Source: Azolla caroliniana | Lineage: Eukaryota > Plantae > Polypodiophyta | Direction: 5' to 3' | Assembly (NCBI GenBank): GCA_043228905.1 | Contig: JBHGNT010000010.1 | Location: forward strand, 7,316,001 to 7,380,000 | Length of the DNA: 64,000 nucleotides | In this document: piece by piece, positions 11,007-24,437 of the stretch | Position numbering within the stretch: position 1 is the stretch's first letter | Layout: each line of letters begins with the position of its first letter | Translations under genes and position numbers: made by a program | Notes under the pieces: model-generated | The model's database searches: none | Told to the model about the DNA's origin: nothing | The model's input: the letters and a program-made list of their open reading frames with translations, nothing else

Positions 11007-12027
11007 TGTAAATAATTAGCTAGATTAATTATGTTATGCGGAATAGATTAGAGATGTGTGTTATGTGTGTTTGAAAGAGGAGAGAAGAGACACAAGATAG
11101 ATAGGAATTAAAAGGACTCAAATGTATATTAACAAGGAGTATAAGAAATACAATAGGAAAGCAACCAAGTACAAAAGAGGGAGCAAGGTGCTTTATATAA
11201 AGTCACCCTCTCTCTACATTCTCTCACTGAAGCTCCTCATGTGTCATGGGGAATGTGTAAACTCATTAGTTATGTGTCATAGAATATGATTCTATGACAC
11301 ATAGTTAATGTTACAAACATAGATTGACATATTCACATTCGTGGGGGTTACCAAACGAATGCATATGAATACGCATAAGAATGCATGAAAAAATATTCGT
11401 AAAAAAATAACAAAAAAAAGAGTTCATACTTTTTAGTTTTTTAATATATCATATAACAAAGAGACTTTCACATTAAATAGGGGATATTTAACTTCAATTA
11501 AAAAGGAGACTTACACTAAATAATATTTTTATAATATAGATGAAAAACTTAAAAGCTATTTTATTTTTAATAAATAATAATAAATAAAAGGTTCATTAGT
11601 TCCCCACTTTTTACTCTCCCACAAAAATTGATATTTTTATTTGTTATTAAAAGGGGATCTCACTCTAATAATATTTCTAGAATAAATATAAAACTTAAAT
11701 TATTTGTTTTATTTTTTAATAAAACAAAATAAAAATAAAAATATGTAAATAAATAAAATTAATAAAAGGTACCCATAAATTTCATATTTTTATCTCACAT
11801 TAAAAAGGGGACCTCAAACTAATAATATTTTTAGAATAGATATAAAACTTAAATGTATTTTTTTTATTTCTTAATAAAGCAAAAAATAAATAAAAATATG
11901 AAAATAAGTAGAATAAATAAAAGGTTCCCATAAAATTTCGTATTTTTATCTCACATTAAAAAGGGGACCTCACACATAATTTATTCTTATAATATATGAA
12001 AAACTTAAAAGTATTTGTTTTATTTTT

Positions 12028-12060
<33 letters not shown>

Positions 12061-12393
12061 AAAATAAAAAAAATAAAAAAATAAAAGGTTCATTAATTCC
12101 CTACTTTTTACTCTCTTGACATTAAAAAGGGGACCTCACAGTAAAAATATTTATTTATTTTAATAAAAAATAAAAAAAAATAAAAAAAATAAACGAATGG
12201 TTCTGTAATATTCTTGGGGTCATTTCGTATTCTCGAATATTATGAATATTATGGATGTCGAATACTATGAATATCACACATGGTTCAATCTATGGTTACA
12301 AAGTAGTGGTGACCTTTGACCTTTGAGTGTTCATATACTCTCAATGAAGGGTGTGTTCATACACTAGACTTAGGTTGAGTTTGATTCTCAACA
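11007..12393 (-). mobile_element. Long 3' LTR of a second minus-strand copia element, with AT-rich internal repeats
   Basis: TGTA...AACA ends, followed by reverse-complement PPT-like TGCCCCTTCAAG and RNase H sequence. It abruptly interrupts the RT at ~11006. Confidence 0.7.
11470..12200. repeat. Imperfect ~150-165-bp AT-rich tandem repeat
   Basis: ATTAAAA(A)GGGGACCTCACA-like cores recur near 11497, 11646, 11799, 11955 and 12121. Confidence 0.8.
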
Positions 12394-13832
12394 TGCCCCT
12401 TCAAGCTCAACCATGTCATGATTGAGTCAACTGTCAGGTTGGTTATCACTCCCCCTCAAGCCCGGCAAGTCGTAGGTCGAAAGGTCAAGCTCGATCAAAA
12501 ATTGCTGAAGCTTGTCGATCCCCAAAGCTTTTGTGAAGATGTCTGCCATTTGAAGATTGGTTTTGATATGTTGAAGGTCGACATCCCCTACGATGACGCA
12601 TTCCTAGATGAAGTGGTAGTGCACCTCAATGTGCTTTGTCCAAGCATGGAAGATAGGGTTTCGAGCATGATGGATACTGTTGAGATTGTCATAGTAGAGC
12701 AAGATTGGATTGCGGATGAAGATGTTCAGATATTTAAGTATCCTCTTGAGCCATACAACTTCACATGCATCCACCACCACACCCCTATATTCGGCCTCTA
12801 TGCTCGAAAGAGCGAGATTCGGCTGCTTTTTAATGCTCCATGTTATTGCTCCGCGACCGAGGGAGAAAACAAATACGGAGGTCGATTGTCTATTCGCCCT
12901 ATACCCAGCCCAATTGGCATCTATGTACCCCTCGAGTCGAATTGGTGTGGCCAATTTGTAGAGGATGCCGTAATCCATTGTCCCACTTACATACCTGAGT
13001 ACTTGCTGAGCACAATCCGGATGGAGATCGTGAAGTGTCTACATGAACTAGCTAAGGAGGCAGACCGGATAACTGAGGTCGAGTCGAGTAATGGTGAGGT
13101 AAATTAGGCTTCTGACTAGAGGACAATAGTGAGTTGGCTCACACTCTTCTATACCAGAGTCGACATCTAGCTTTAGGTTTTGATTGAGAGGGGTTGCCAC
13201 AGATTTGCACTCAGTCATCCTGAAATTGTATAACAAGTTGAGGATGTAGTGCCGTGGGGAGATCATGATACCGACAAGAGTTCGAATTAGTTCGATGCCA
13301 GGGAAGTAATGGAGTTCTTTCATGTCCGTCATCTCAAATTTTCTAGAGAGGAGGGACTTGACCTTCTTGATGTCGACTAGATGCTCACCTCCAATGAACA
13401 GATCCTCCACATATAGGATGATGACAATCAGACTTCCAGAATCGCTTCTTACATAGAGGGAGTTCTCAGATTTTGACATTCGAAAGTCGATCTGGTGAAG
13501 ATACTAAGTAATCTTTGAATGCCAAGCATGCAGTGCTTGCTTGAGTCCATACAACGACTGCTTGAGACGACAGATTGCGGTCGGGTGGTTGGACCATGTA
13601 TACCTCCTCTTCTAATCTGCCTTGGAGGAAGGTGTTCTTTACGTCAATTTGGTGGAGGTGCCACCCTTTTGCCTCTGTGAGTGCAATCATGGTTCGAATA
13701 GTTGTCATCTTTGCCATAGGGGCAAAAGGTCTCTTCATAGTCGACTCCATGTGTTTGTGCGTATCCTTTCGCTACGAGTCAGGCTTTACAGTGACTGACA
13801 GAGCCATCAACATTATACTTCACTTTGAATTT

Positions 13833-16800
13833 TGTAAACGATTACTTGCGGAAGCGTTAGAAAACAGAGAAAGCAGAGAATACACAGAGTACATGGGAGA
13901 GACAGAGAGAGCAGAACGTAAAAGCTATATTCAAAAACGATATAATTACTCTGTCACATACAACTGTGCTCAGTAGCACTATTTATACAAGTCCTCGTGG
14001 GACTGACAGAAGTACCGCGTACTTCAATGCTCACACGAGCTTCTAACACTTACTACGAGACTATAATTGCCTAGTAGTCTAAACTAATACTAGGCTTCCG
14101 GTTACCGATTGGATCCGGCTAACCGGCTCCCCAACTCACCGGCTTTGTTGCTTGCCGGCTCGATTGCTCACGGCTTACCGATCCGTCTCGCTTGCCGGCT
14201 CAGGCTTATTCAGCCGATCCAACTCCAGTTGAGCTTGCCACTGAACACTCCCCCTCAAGCTCAACTTGAGGTTGGATCCTAGTGTCAGTCTCTGTGGCAG
14301 TCGGTTCTTCCAACCGACTTCTCCTGGCATCGCTCCGCCTTGCTCGCACTCTTCATCCGGTCCGGTTCTGTTTGCCGCGACCCCTCTTGTTATGCGCGCC
14401 TCGACCTTCTTGGTCGGTATGACTGCGCAATAGGCCCCTCTCAGCTCCTTCGGTGCTATGACTCCGGCGCTTATCGATTTGTTGGTTCCTCCGCGATGGC
14501 ATCGACTTCCGCTGCATCCGTGTCTGCTTGGCCTTGAATTGATCCGGTTCTTCCGAATCCGTCTGTTGAACCGAATCGACTGTCTCCGATTCGTTCTAGC
14601 TCTTGTCCGAATCGGTTGCTCCCGATTCGTCTTCTGGTTCCAAGCCCTTCACCACATCGGACCATGTCCGGGTCATCGCCTTCTTCCTTCGGTCGGCTTT
14701 GTCCTTCTTGACTCTGCCGCCTTCTGTTCTTCCCTCACCGGCGCAATCGGCAGCCTCTTTGCCTTTGCCCGTTCCGGTGTCTTTGCCCGTTCTCCCCCTC
14801 AAGTGTGGCATGTCGAGATGCTGAACACCAAGCATTTCGGTGAAATGTTGCAACTTGTCCGATCCGAGTGGTTTGGTGAAGATGTCGGCAACTTGCCGAT
14901 CCGTGTGAACATAACGAAGTTCAACCTCACCGCTCAGGACACGCTCACGCACGAAGTGATAGTGCACTTCTATGTGCTTTGTGCGAGCATGGAATACGAG
15001 GTTCTTGGTGAGTTGCATGCTGCTTATGTTGTCGCAGTAGACCAGAATCGGGGTTGGTACCTCGATCCGTAGGTCTTGCAGCAGTTGCCGAAGCCAAATG
15101 GCTTCACAGGTGGCAATGGTAGCGCCTCGATACTCAGCCTTAGTGCTCGATAGAGCAACTGTTGGCTGCTTTTTGTTGGTCCACGCAACAACCACGCTAT
15201 CTAGGGAAAACATGTAACCAGAGGTTGATTGGCGATTTGATGAATCGCCGGCCCAATCGGCATCCATGTAACCGACGAGCTCTTCGGTTATACCTTGCTG
15301 GTATAACAGTCCTCGGTCCTTCATGCCGCTGACATACCGCAAATATCCATTGCGCGCACTGAAGGTGCTCCATGGTCGGCTTCTGCATGAACTGACTTAT
15401 CATTCCGACCGGATAGCTGATGTCAGGTCGCGTGATAGTCAAGTAAATAAGGCTTCCGACAATTTGTCGGAACCGTTGCTCGTTGTAGGCCGGTCCGGAG
15501 TTGGGACGAAGCTTCTGGTTCCGGTCTAAGGGTGTGGAGACAGGTCGGCATTCTGTCATGCCAAACTTGTACAACATATTCAAGACGTGATGTCGTTGTG
15601 AGAGCAATATGCCGTCGGGGGTTCGGATCACCTCGATACCAAGAAAATAATGAAGGTCCCCCAGGTCCTTCATCTCAAATGCGTCCTACAACAGGGACTT
15701 GACGCGGTTGATTTTTGGAACACCCGGTCCGGTGATGACTAGATCACCAACATACAGCAGTATACATACCGGACCGGCTGAGCCTTGCAGGATGAACAAC
15801 GAAGAGTCCGATTTGGAGGCCACAAACCCCATCTTAGGCAACCGGTGCGTGATCTTCGCATTCCAAGCTCGAGGGGCTTGCTTCAGGCCGTACAACGACT
15901 TCTTTAGCCGGCATACCGTCGACTTGTTCATCTCCGATTCAAAACCGAGAGGCTGAGTCATAAAGACTTCTTCTTCTAGATCACCTTGAAGAAATGCATT
16001 CTTCACATGATGATCTGATGAATATGCCACCCCCTTGCCGCAGCAACCACCAACACCACTCGAACCGTCGTCATCTTCGCTACAGGAGCGAAGGTCTCGT
16101 TGTAGTCGATTCCATGGGTCTGCGCATATCCCTTCACCACTAACCGGGCCTTGTACCAGTTAACTGAACCGTCGGCATTGTACTTTAATTTGTACACCCA
16201 CTTGCATCCGATCGGTTTACAATGACGAGGAGGGTCAACTAGGTTCCATGTCTCGTTGACATCAAGTGGCCACATTTCTTCCTCCATAGCGGCACGCCAA
16301 TTTGCGTCCTATGCCGCTTCTGCGTAGCTCTCTGGCTCACGCACTTCCGCCACCTCAGTCATGTACACATAGTGATGCGCCATGTACTCATTGTACCCGT
16401 ACCGCTTGACGGGATCCTTCTGGCGGGCGGACCAACATAACTCACCGTTACCCGGTTTAAGGCCTTTCTTGGCCGGTTCGATCTTTGTTGCCGAAGACCT
16501 GCCTTTGTCCTTGTCGGAGTCGGATGCACACTGATGCGACTCATCGTTGCCGGTTTCGAATTCCGGCATCTTCTTCTTCCCTTTCTCTTTGTGCATGAAC
16601 CGTCTCCTCGGTTCCTTGCGCGGGGAGAGCACGGCAGAGTCTCCGCTACTCGCCGGTTCCTCATCGGACTGGTCAGATTGACTCAGTCTCTCGTTCGGCC
16701 CGCTCAACCGAAACAATTCCGGACTCTCATCCTGAGTCCACGCTTCATCAACATCTACCTGGGCCGGTTCAGGAGCACTAGCCTCATCCTCCAGCATCGG

Positions 16801-19556
16801 GTCGGATTCGGAAGTCGGAGCCGGTAAGGAGTACCACAATGCCGATTCATCGAACTCGACATCTCGACTAACTCGGACTTGCTTTGTCCGGGGGTTATAA
16901 CACTTATAACCCTTTTGCTCTTGAGCATAGCCAACTAGGATGCATTTTTCCGATTTTGCATCCGGCTTCCTCCGCTTCTCATCCGGTATATGCACATATG
17001 CAATGCTACCGAAGATCTTAAGGTGTCTCAAATTCGGCTTCTGCCCAAAATACAGCTCGTGAGCTGACAACTGGTCACCGATCCGGTTCTGGATGTAGAC
17101 AACCGTTTGGACTGCCTCCACCCAGTAGAATTTGGGCATGCTCTTCTCCTCCAGCATTGCCCTTGCCGCATCAATAAGTGACCGGTTCTTCCTTTCGGCA
17201 ACACCGTTCTATTGCGGTGTGTATCTGCAGCTGAACTCTCACCGAATTCCCGTTTGCTGCAGATAACTGTTGAATTGGCTGAAAAAGTATTCTTTTCCGC
17301 CATCCGACCGCAGGCATTTGATCTTCCTCTCCGATTCCCGTTCCACCATGCTTTGGAAACTCCGGAAACACTCGAAGACTTCACTCTTCCACTCAATGAG
17401 GTAGATCCATGTGTGTCGTGTATAGTCGTCGATGAAGGAGACGAAGTATCGACTCCTGCCAAGACTAACATTCTGTGCCGGTCCCCACACATCCGAATGG
17501 ATAAGGTCGAGCTTGTTACGGCTCTGGTTACGTTCGGTAGGGAATGGAATCCGGTGTTGCTTCCTGAGTTGGCATGCTTCACATACTTGGGCCTTCCGGC
17601 CGCTGAACTTCGGCAAACCAAAAAAAACTTGTTTCGTTTACAAGTCTTGAAGCCTTCGGTAATTGACGTGGCCTATCCGCTTGTGCCACAGGTCGATGTC
17701 CGATTCGACCTTCTGTCCTTTTGCAAACAGAGCGGTTCCGACGTCATTGGTGTCGAGGATAAACATCCTCCCGTCTCTGCGCCCTTGCGCAATAATTTGG
17801 CCCTCTTCCTCGATGAAGCACCCGAGGTGCGTAAACCGCACCTGCATCCCCTGGTCGACGATCTGTTCGACCGACACTAGGTTCCTCGTGATTGTCGGAA
17901 CGTGTAATACGTTCATCAGCTTCCCCTTCTATCCGACATGGCTCAAAGGGACTTCTCCGACGTGCATGATTGGGTGAGGAGTGTCGTCTTTGGTTTCGAC
18001 TACTCCTGGTTGATCCGGTTTTTCCAAAAAGGAGAACCACTCTTGGTGGCTCGTCATGTGGTTCGACGCACCGGAGTCAACATACCACACTTCCTCCGAT
18101 TTGGAAGTGGTCTTATTCATTGAGTTCGCGTGCTTCATCACCAAGGCTGGCCCGTTACCGTTCTTGGATCCTCCCGATTCCTTCGCGTAGTGCGAGCTTT
18201 GCCGCCCATCCTTGCCAGCCTTGCCGGATCCAGATTTGTCTGTATCGGCGCGTTTTCTCCAGCACTCGCTTTCTCTATGGCCCTTTTTGCCACAGTACCA
18301 ACATTCCGTTGCAGACTTCTCTTGCCGTCTTCCGGTGTCGCCATCACTCCCCCTGCTTGTGGAAGTCCCAGAACTGTTGTCGGCACGTTCTCTATGCCTT
18401 CGTTCTTGTTCTTGCCGGCCGCCTCCATTGCGTGCTGACCCGCCTCGTCCACCACGTCCACGGGACCGATCTGCCTCCGTGTACAACATCCGGCTATGAG
18501 TGGGTTCTCCTCTACAAGGAGCATCGACTGTAAGTCGAAAAATGACGGTGTATTCTCCCTTGTACACACCGCCGTTTGGAACGCTCTGAACTTAGACACC
18601 AGGCCTCCAAGATAGACTTGTACCATCTCGTCTTCCTCTATGGTAACGTTGATAGTGGCAAGCGAGTCACAGATCTCTTTGATCCGGGCCGTGTAATCCG
18701 CCACCGACATGTCCTTCTGTCGGACATTGCTCAACTCCTGTCGGAGTTGCAGCTTCCGGGCTGTAGTGCTCGTGGCGAAAACCTTCTTCAGGTTCCCCCA
18801 AGCCTCCTTCGGCGTCTTGGCGTCTCAGATGTGGCTCAACAGCTGGTCTCTGACACTAGACGTGAAGCAGTACATCACTTTGCTTGCCGATTGTTCCCAC
18901 ACTGGGAAGTCCTTATGTGCCGCATCAAGTGCTGTTTCGTTGGCTCCTTCGACGAAACTCCAGTAGCCATGCCCAAGCAGGTACTGGTGCATCTTATACG
19001 ACCAAGATGCATAGTTGGATCTGTCGAGTTTCTTCGTTGGAAGCGAGCTAGCCATTCCTCTGTCCATCGGTTTTCTTGTTCTTCTTCGTTGGTTTTTCCT
19101 TCAAGCAAAGTCAGCTGCAGAGGTTCTCAACCCTCGCGCTCTGATACCATGTAAACGATTACTTGCGGAAGCGTTAGAAAACAGAGAAAGTAGAGAATAC
19201 ACAGAGTACACGGGAGAGACAGAGAGAGCAGAACTTATAAGCTATATTAAAAAACGATATAATTACTCTGTCACATACAACTGTGCTCAGTAGCACTATT
19301 TATACAAGTCCTCGTGGGACTGATAGAAGTACCGCGTACTTCAATGTTCACACGAGCTTCTGACACTTACTACGAGACTATAATTGCCTAGTAGTCTAAA
19401 CTAATACTAGGCTTCCGGTTACCGATTGGATCCGGCTCCCCGGCTCACCAGCTCTGTTGCTTACCGGCTCAGTTGCTCACGGCTTACCGATCCGTCTCAC
19501 TTGCCGGCTCAGGCTTATTCAGCTAATCCGGCTCCAGTTGAGCTTGCCGCTCAACA
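13833..19556 (-). mobile_element. Full-length Ty1/copia LTR retrotransposon (family C), frameshifted
   Basis: LTRs at 13833-14247 and 19150-19556. tRNA-iMet PBS (reverse complement GCTCTGATACCA, ending 19149), PPT 14248-14258, TSD AATTT/AATAT with one mismatch. Confidence 0.97.
14596..19067 (-). pseudogene. gag-pol: gag-protease-integrase-RT-RNase H polyprotein with multiple frameshifts and stops
   Basis: CWYCGKKGHRESEC zinc knuckle, WYVDSGASNHMT protease, HSDVWGP and LRSDGGKEY integrase, [25 protein letters not shown] RNase H. Confidence 0.95.
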
Positions 19557-19650
19557 AATATCCATCTGCAACCAACAAATATCCATTGGACTTCGGAAAA
19601 ACTTTCCGGTTCTCAAATTGTCGCCACCTTCATCATAAAGGCATAGTGAT

Positions 19651-22166
19651 TGTTACCCCGTACGAGATGTACAGAGAGTCTAATGTGATGAGCGAGGGTC
19701 GAATGTTATCATGATGTTGTTGTGTATGTGTAGGGGGCATAAATATAATTGTGAGTCTATACGTATGTGAACACATGCACACGTGTGTGCATGTGGATGG
19801 ATACGAGGAGGTGTGAGTGAGTGTCCAATATGAATGCTCGAGGGGGCTTACACCCCTATGTATCTACCCCCTCTTGTACTATTTAACCCCTTATGGGGAA
19901 TGAATAAACATTTCTCTCTTAATTTCTCTCTCTCTCTCTCTCTTTGTCATCTCTCTTCTTCTCTCTCCCCTTAACGTTGAACCCCCTTGGGAGGGGGATG
20001 GAGCCATTCTAGGCACCACCCCCCACCCAACAATGCTTCTCAATGATTCTCAATCTCTTCATGATCTCTCTCACCATCATACTCTCCATCATCATCACAC
20101 CCACCATGTCTATCTTTATCATCAATCATCATGATTATCATCATCCTTTACCCTAACCCTAAAAATATTAACACCTTTTGGCGACCACTAAGGCGACCCC
20201 CCTTTGGAGACGGAGTCAAAGGATGATACGCGTCGATGCAAGACATAGTGAGTAAGCGGTTAGAAACGATGACGATGTGTGAGTGTGTGGTTAGCGACAA
20301 ATGATGGTGGCAAAGTGCAAGACGAAGTTGAAGCATGATATGCGATGACAATGTCCGCAAAGAAGTCAATGAAGGGACGCAGTGAAGGAATGTACAAGAA
20401 ATCGGATCGACGATGTGCGGCAAATGGTGATCACAATGTGCTAGCGTAAATCACAAAATTAGACACAACGATACGGATGTGGGAGTGTACGAGAACTAGC
20501 AATGTGAGTGTGCAGGAAAGGAACAAAGATGGGAGCAGTTGGACAACAGCCGAACCGACTGGAACGAGCCGTACTAAGAAAGCTCGATGGCTAGACCAAC
20601 GACATCGACAGAGGAGAGGCTGGAGAGCGACCAAAGAGTGGTCGTAGTGGCTGACCGTCACCGGAACAGAAGTGGCCAGATGGGCTGGACAATGTACCGC
20701 CAAACAACGACCGCAATGGGCCGAACAGTCGGAACGGTGACGGAGCCGGGACGACGATCAAACGGCGGTGGCCACATACCAACGACTAAAGTGGTGGCGG
20801 ACCAGCAACGGCCAAGTCGGACAGAGACAACCGAATGTGTCGGACGACGGAGATAGCCGGACCGACGATCGGACATTAGCGGAAGAGTAACCGGAGAAGC
20901 GGCTGGACGAGCCAGACGGACAACAACCGACGGCCGGAAGGAACGGTGACGGCTGGAAACCCTAAATAGACAGCCAGAGTTGCCGAAACGATGGGCTGGA
21001 TGGCATCGGAGCCGGAGACAAAGATGGAGAAACGGACACAAAGACGGAGCCGGCAGACAAGGCCGGACAGAGACAAACGACAACGGCAACGACGATGGAG
21101 CTAGAGATGGAAACAAAGACTAAGATAGCCAAATACTGAGATGGTGATGACAAACAATAGTGACGAAGTCGGCGATAATGAAAAATGGAAACGGTGATGA
21201 CCGGACAGGGCTGATAGATACATAGATAAGGCGAAGACTCCTGACGACGACTGGAGAATCAGCGGCCACAACGGCCACAAAGTCGGGATGACGACCAGAC
21301 AGTGGTGCGGCTGGAGAGTGATAGGAACAATGGCCAAACAACGACAGAAGCGGTCGTAATAGCCGGACGGCGCTGGAAAGCCCGCTGGAGTAGACGGCCG
21401 AGTGTGCAGACTGGTCGGATAGGGCCGACAAGGACGACGACAATGGAGACAGAGATGGCAATGACGATGGAGACATGGACGGACGATTTGCTGACCGACA
21501 AAGATGTTTGAGTCAAGCATTCCGATCGAGGGAGTCGATCGTTGAAAGGACTGATGGAAGTTCCGGTCGAAGTAATATCATCATCAAGGCATGTGGGATC
21601 GACGTGCAAGGCACTTTCCCACGGGCGTGCCATATTGTGTTACCCCGTACGAGTTGTACGGAGAGTCTAGTGTGATGAGCGAGGGTCGAATGTTATCATG
21701 ATGTTGTTGTGTATGTGTAGGGGGCATAAATATAATTGTGAGTCTATACGTATGTGAACACATGCACATGTGTGTGCATGTGGATGGATACGAGGAGGTA
21801 TGAGTGAGTGTCCAATATGAATGCTCGAGGGGGCTTACACCCCTATGTATCTACCCCCTCTTGTACTATTTAACCCCTTATGGGGAATGAATGAATGAAT
21901 GAACATTTCTCTCTTAATCTCTCTCTCTCTCTCTCTTCGTCATCTCTCTTCTTCTCTCTCCCCTTAACGTTGAACCCCCTTGGGAGGGGGGTGGAGCCAT
22001 TCTAGGCACCACCCCCCACCCAACAATGCTTCTCAATGATTCTCAACCTCTTCATGATCTCTCTCACCATCATACTCTCCATCATCATCACACCCACCAT
22101 GTCTATCTTTATCATCAATCATCATGATTATCATCATCCTTTACCCTAACCCTAAAAATATTAACA
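19651..22166 (+). mobile_element. Non-autonomous LTR element, family A, copy 2
   Basis: LTRs at 19651-20173 and 21638-22166, TSD GTGAT (19646-19650, 22167-22171). Same PBS and pre-LTR motif as copy 1, with a shorter and different middle. Confidence 0.95.
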
Positions 22167-23102
22167 GTGATATGCCATATAGTCGTTGTAGCCGAATTGG
22201 TTAATTGGATTCTTCTCACGGGTGGAGCGTTAGAGTTTTTCATTTGCTGTGGCAATAGCTTTCTTCACTCTAGGTGTCCTCATAAGAGGCACATCAAAGC
22301 CATCAAGTCATTGTCAAGTGAGTAAGCCGATTCATTGCCCTTAGATTGATTGTCATCATACTCTGGCATTTTGGACTTCCCTTTCTCCATCTTCGGGCTC
22401 GGCCGGGACATGCTTCGGTCGCTTGAAGGCTCTTGAGTGAGGTCCACTAAATCTTGTTGAGATTGGACTCTCCTCGGCTATTTCCCTTAGTTGTTCATCG
22501 ATGTCCGGGTTGTCTTCAAAATCGATCGTGATTTGTTTGGGGGGAGTCGGCTCAGGTTCGTACCATTATGCTGATTCATCAAAGACTACATCCCAACTTA
22601 CGTGAACCTTCCGAGTAGAGGGGCTGAAGCATTTGTACCCCTTTTGCTCTAGTGAGTATCCTATGAGGATACATTTCTCCGACTTGGGATTTAGCTTTTG
22701 CCGCTTTTCATGGGGATGTGTATGTATGCAATCGAGTTGAATATCTTTACATGGGATAGATTTGGCTTCTTTCCATAGTACTTCTTGTGAGGGGTAAGTT
22801 TGTGCACACCGGATGTTGTACATTGGTTCATTAGATAGACGGTTGTGCATGTTGCTTCGGCCCACTATGACTTCGGCATATCCTTTTCATTCATCATGGC
22901 TCGTGCTACTTCGAGGATGTGCTGATTCTTTCGTTCGGCCACTCCGTTCTGTTGCGGTGTGTGCCAGCATGTAAACTCTCGCCGAATTCCTTCTTTCTAG
23001 AGATTAGCCAAAATTTTGTCGGAGAAGTACTATTTTCCTCCATCCGACCAAAGGCATGTTTTTTGATTCCACTTTTGAATTTTTGAAAGTGTGTGAATAG
23101 TT

Positions 23103-24437
23103 TGATGGGATTGAATCTATGCGGAAAACTATGCGGACATACACAACGCGGAAATAGAAAACAATAAATAGACAAACAAATGCACAATACATAGGTATTA
23201 CGTTGTCGTGTTATTATGCGTGCGTGTGTGGAATAAGGTAGGACCGCGGGGGCCCTGGACCGAGGAGCAAGAGAGACAAGAGGAAGTGAGGAGCGCGACA
23301 ATGCGAGGGTTGCTAGACCTACCAACAACCGACGACACTTACCGGCTGATTGGACCACCAACGCGTATACCGACTCAATCAAAGAGCACACTCGAGAGAG
23401 ATGAAAGAAGAGACTCCTTGAACACAGATAACATGGATCGGCAGAAACAAGAGATTCTATTACAATAACAGAGGGAATTACAACGGTTGCAACCCCACAG
23501 AGGAAGAGAGAGCTTGGTTCCCAGTCCGATAGCACCTCTTCCTTTCCTCCCCAAAACGTAATACCCTTCTCCTCTTCCCCTTCCCTTTTCTAGGTCGCCG
23601 AGGAGGCCGTTACATCAAAACATGTCAACATTATTCTCTGTCCCTTCGGACAGAGATACGCATCGATTTCCTAATTAATAAATATGTCACACCTAGTATA
23701 TTTACATCAGCCGTCCTATTCCTAGTTATGTACAATGTATCAATTCGCGCACACTCGTGCAAGGGTGGGTTCACGCCTTTAATTCCTTGATTCCTCTTCG
23801 GGCCAGTTTTCTTCACGACATCCACCCCCACCAAATCGCGCATCCACCGGTATGCGTTAGATACTAACAATCTCCGGAGAAGATCGGCCCATAATCATCC
23901 GTCACTTCCCGAATCCACGTCTGCTCTGAACTGGTTGTCGTTGTCGGTCACGCTTCCCGGATCCGGCTCGTCCTCATGCTACTTCTTGAACGCCTTGACC
24001 CGTTTCCCAGCTACGGGCACTGTTAATCGCATCCCGTCGAGCTCCTCAAGATGATATGTCCCGTTGTCATTCGCGCTCGTTACGACGTAGGGCCCGAACC
24101 ACCTCCTCGTGAATTTGCGCGTTGCCTTATGCTGGTTGTCGAGGCTGCTGTCGTACACCAACACCCAATCACCTTCCTCGATCTTCTTTGGACGCAACCG
24201 GTGTGTCCGGTCGAACTGGCCTTTGTTCCTCTCCCTCGCCGTTTGTAGCTTTGTCTTTGCCCTCTCCACGTCCTCCAGTCTTTGCTCGAGTTGTTGAATC
24301 CGCGCCGCCAACAACTCTTCCCAGCTCATCTCGTTCCTCCAATCTATCACCGCCCACGAGGAAATCGTTCGTTCCACCGGCATGACCAGTTTCTGCCCGT
24401 ACATTAGCTCCGTCCGGTCTGCCCATAGTGCGTAGGG
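23103..24437 (-). mobile_element. Truncated non-chromovirus gypsy element: 3' LTR (23103-23820), PPT and integrase C-terminus
   Basis: On the minus strand GGTGGGGGTGGA precedes TGTCGTGAAG. ORF 23979-24461 has the GPY/F motif (RWFGPYVV...NGTYHLEELDG). Confidence 0.85.

Larger units (their letters stand above)
12394..23102 (-). pseudogene. pol: Copia pol (integrase-RT-RNase H) of the second host element, in pieces 12394-13832, 19557-19650 and 22172-23102
   Basis: GYIDANWAG, TKHIEVHYHFI, ILYVEDL, WHLHQIDVKNTFLQG and KCILIGYSLEQKGYKCF motifs. [14 protein letters not shown] reads across the 13833-19556 insertion. Confidence 0.9.

Noticed and set aside
12418-13107. Long ORFs antisense to copia pol (also 14458-15072, 17212-17880, 58079-58894)
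   Set aside because: Shadow frames opposite recognisable pol sequence.
21545-21575. Hammerhead ribozyme or retrozyme core (CTGATGG...GAAG) in family A
   Set aside because: It lacks the canonical CUGANGA and GAAA, copy 1 reads CCGATGG, and the stem geometry does not fit.
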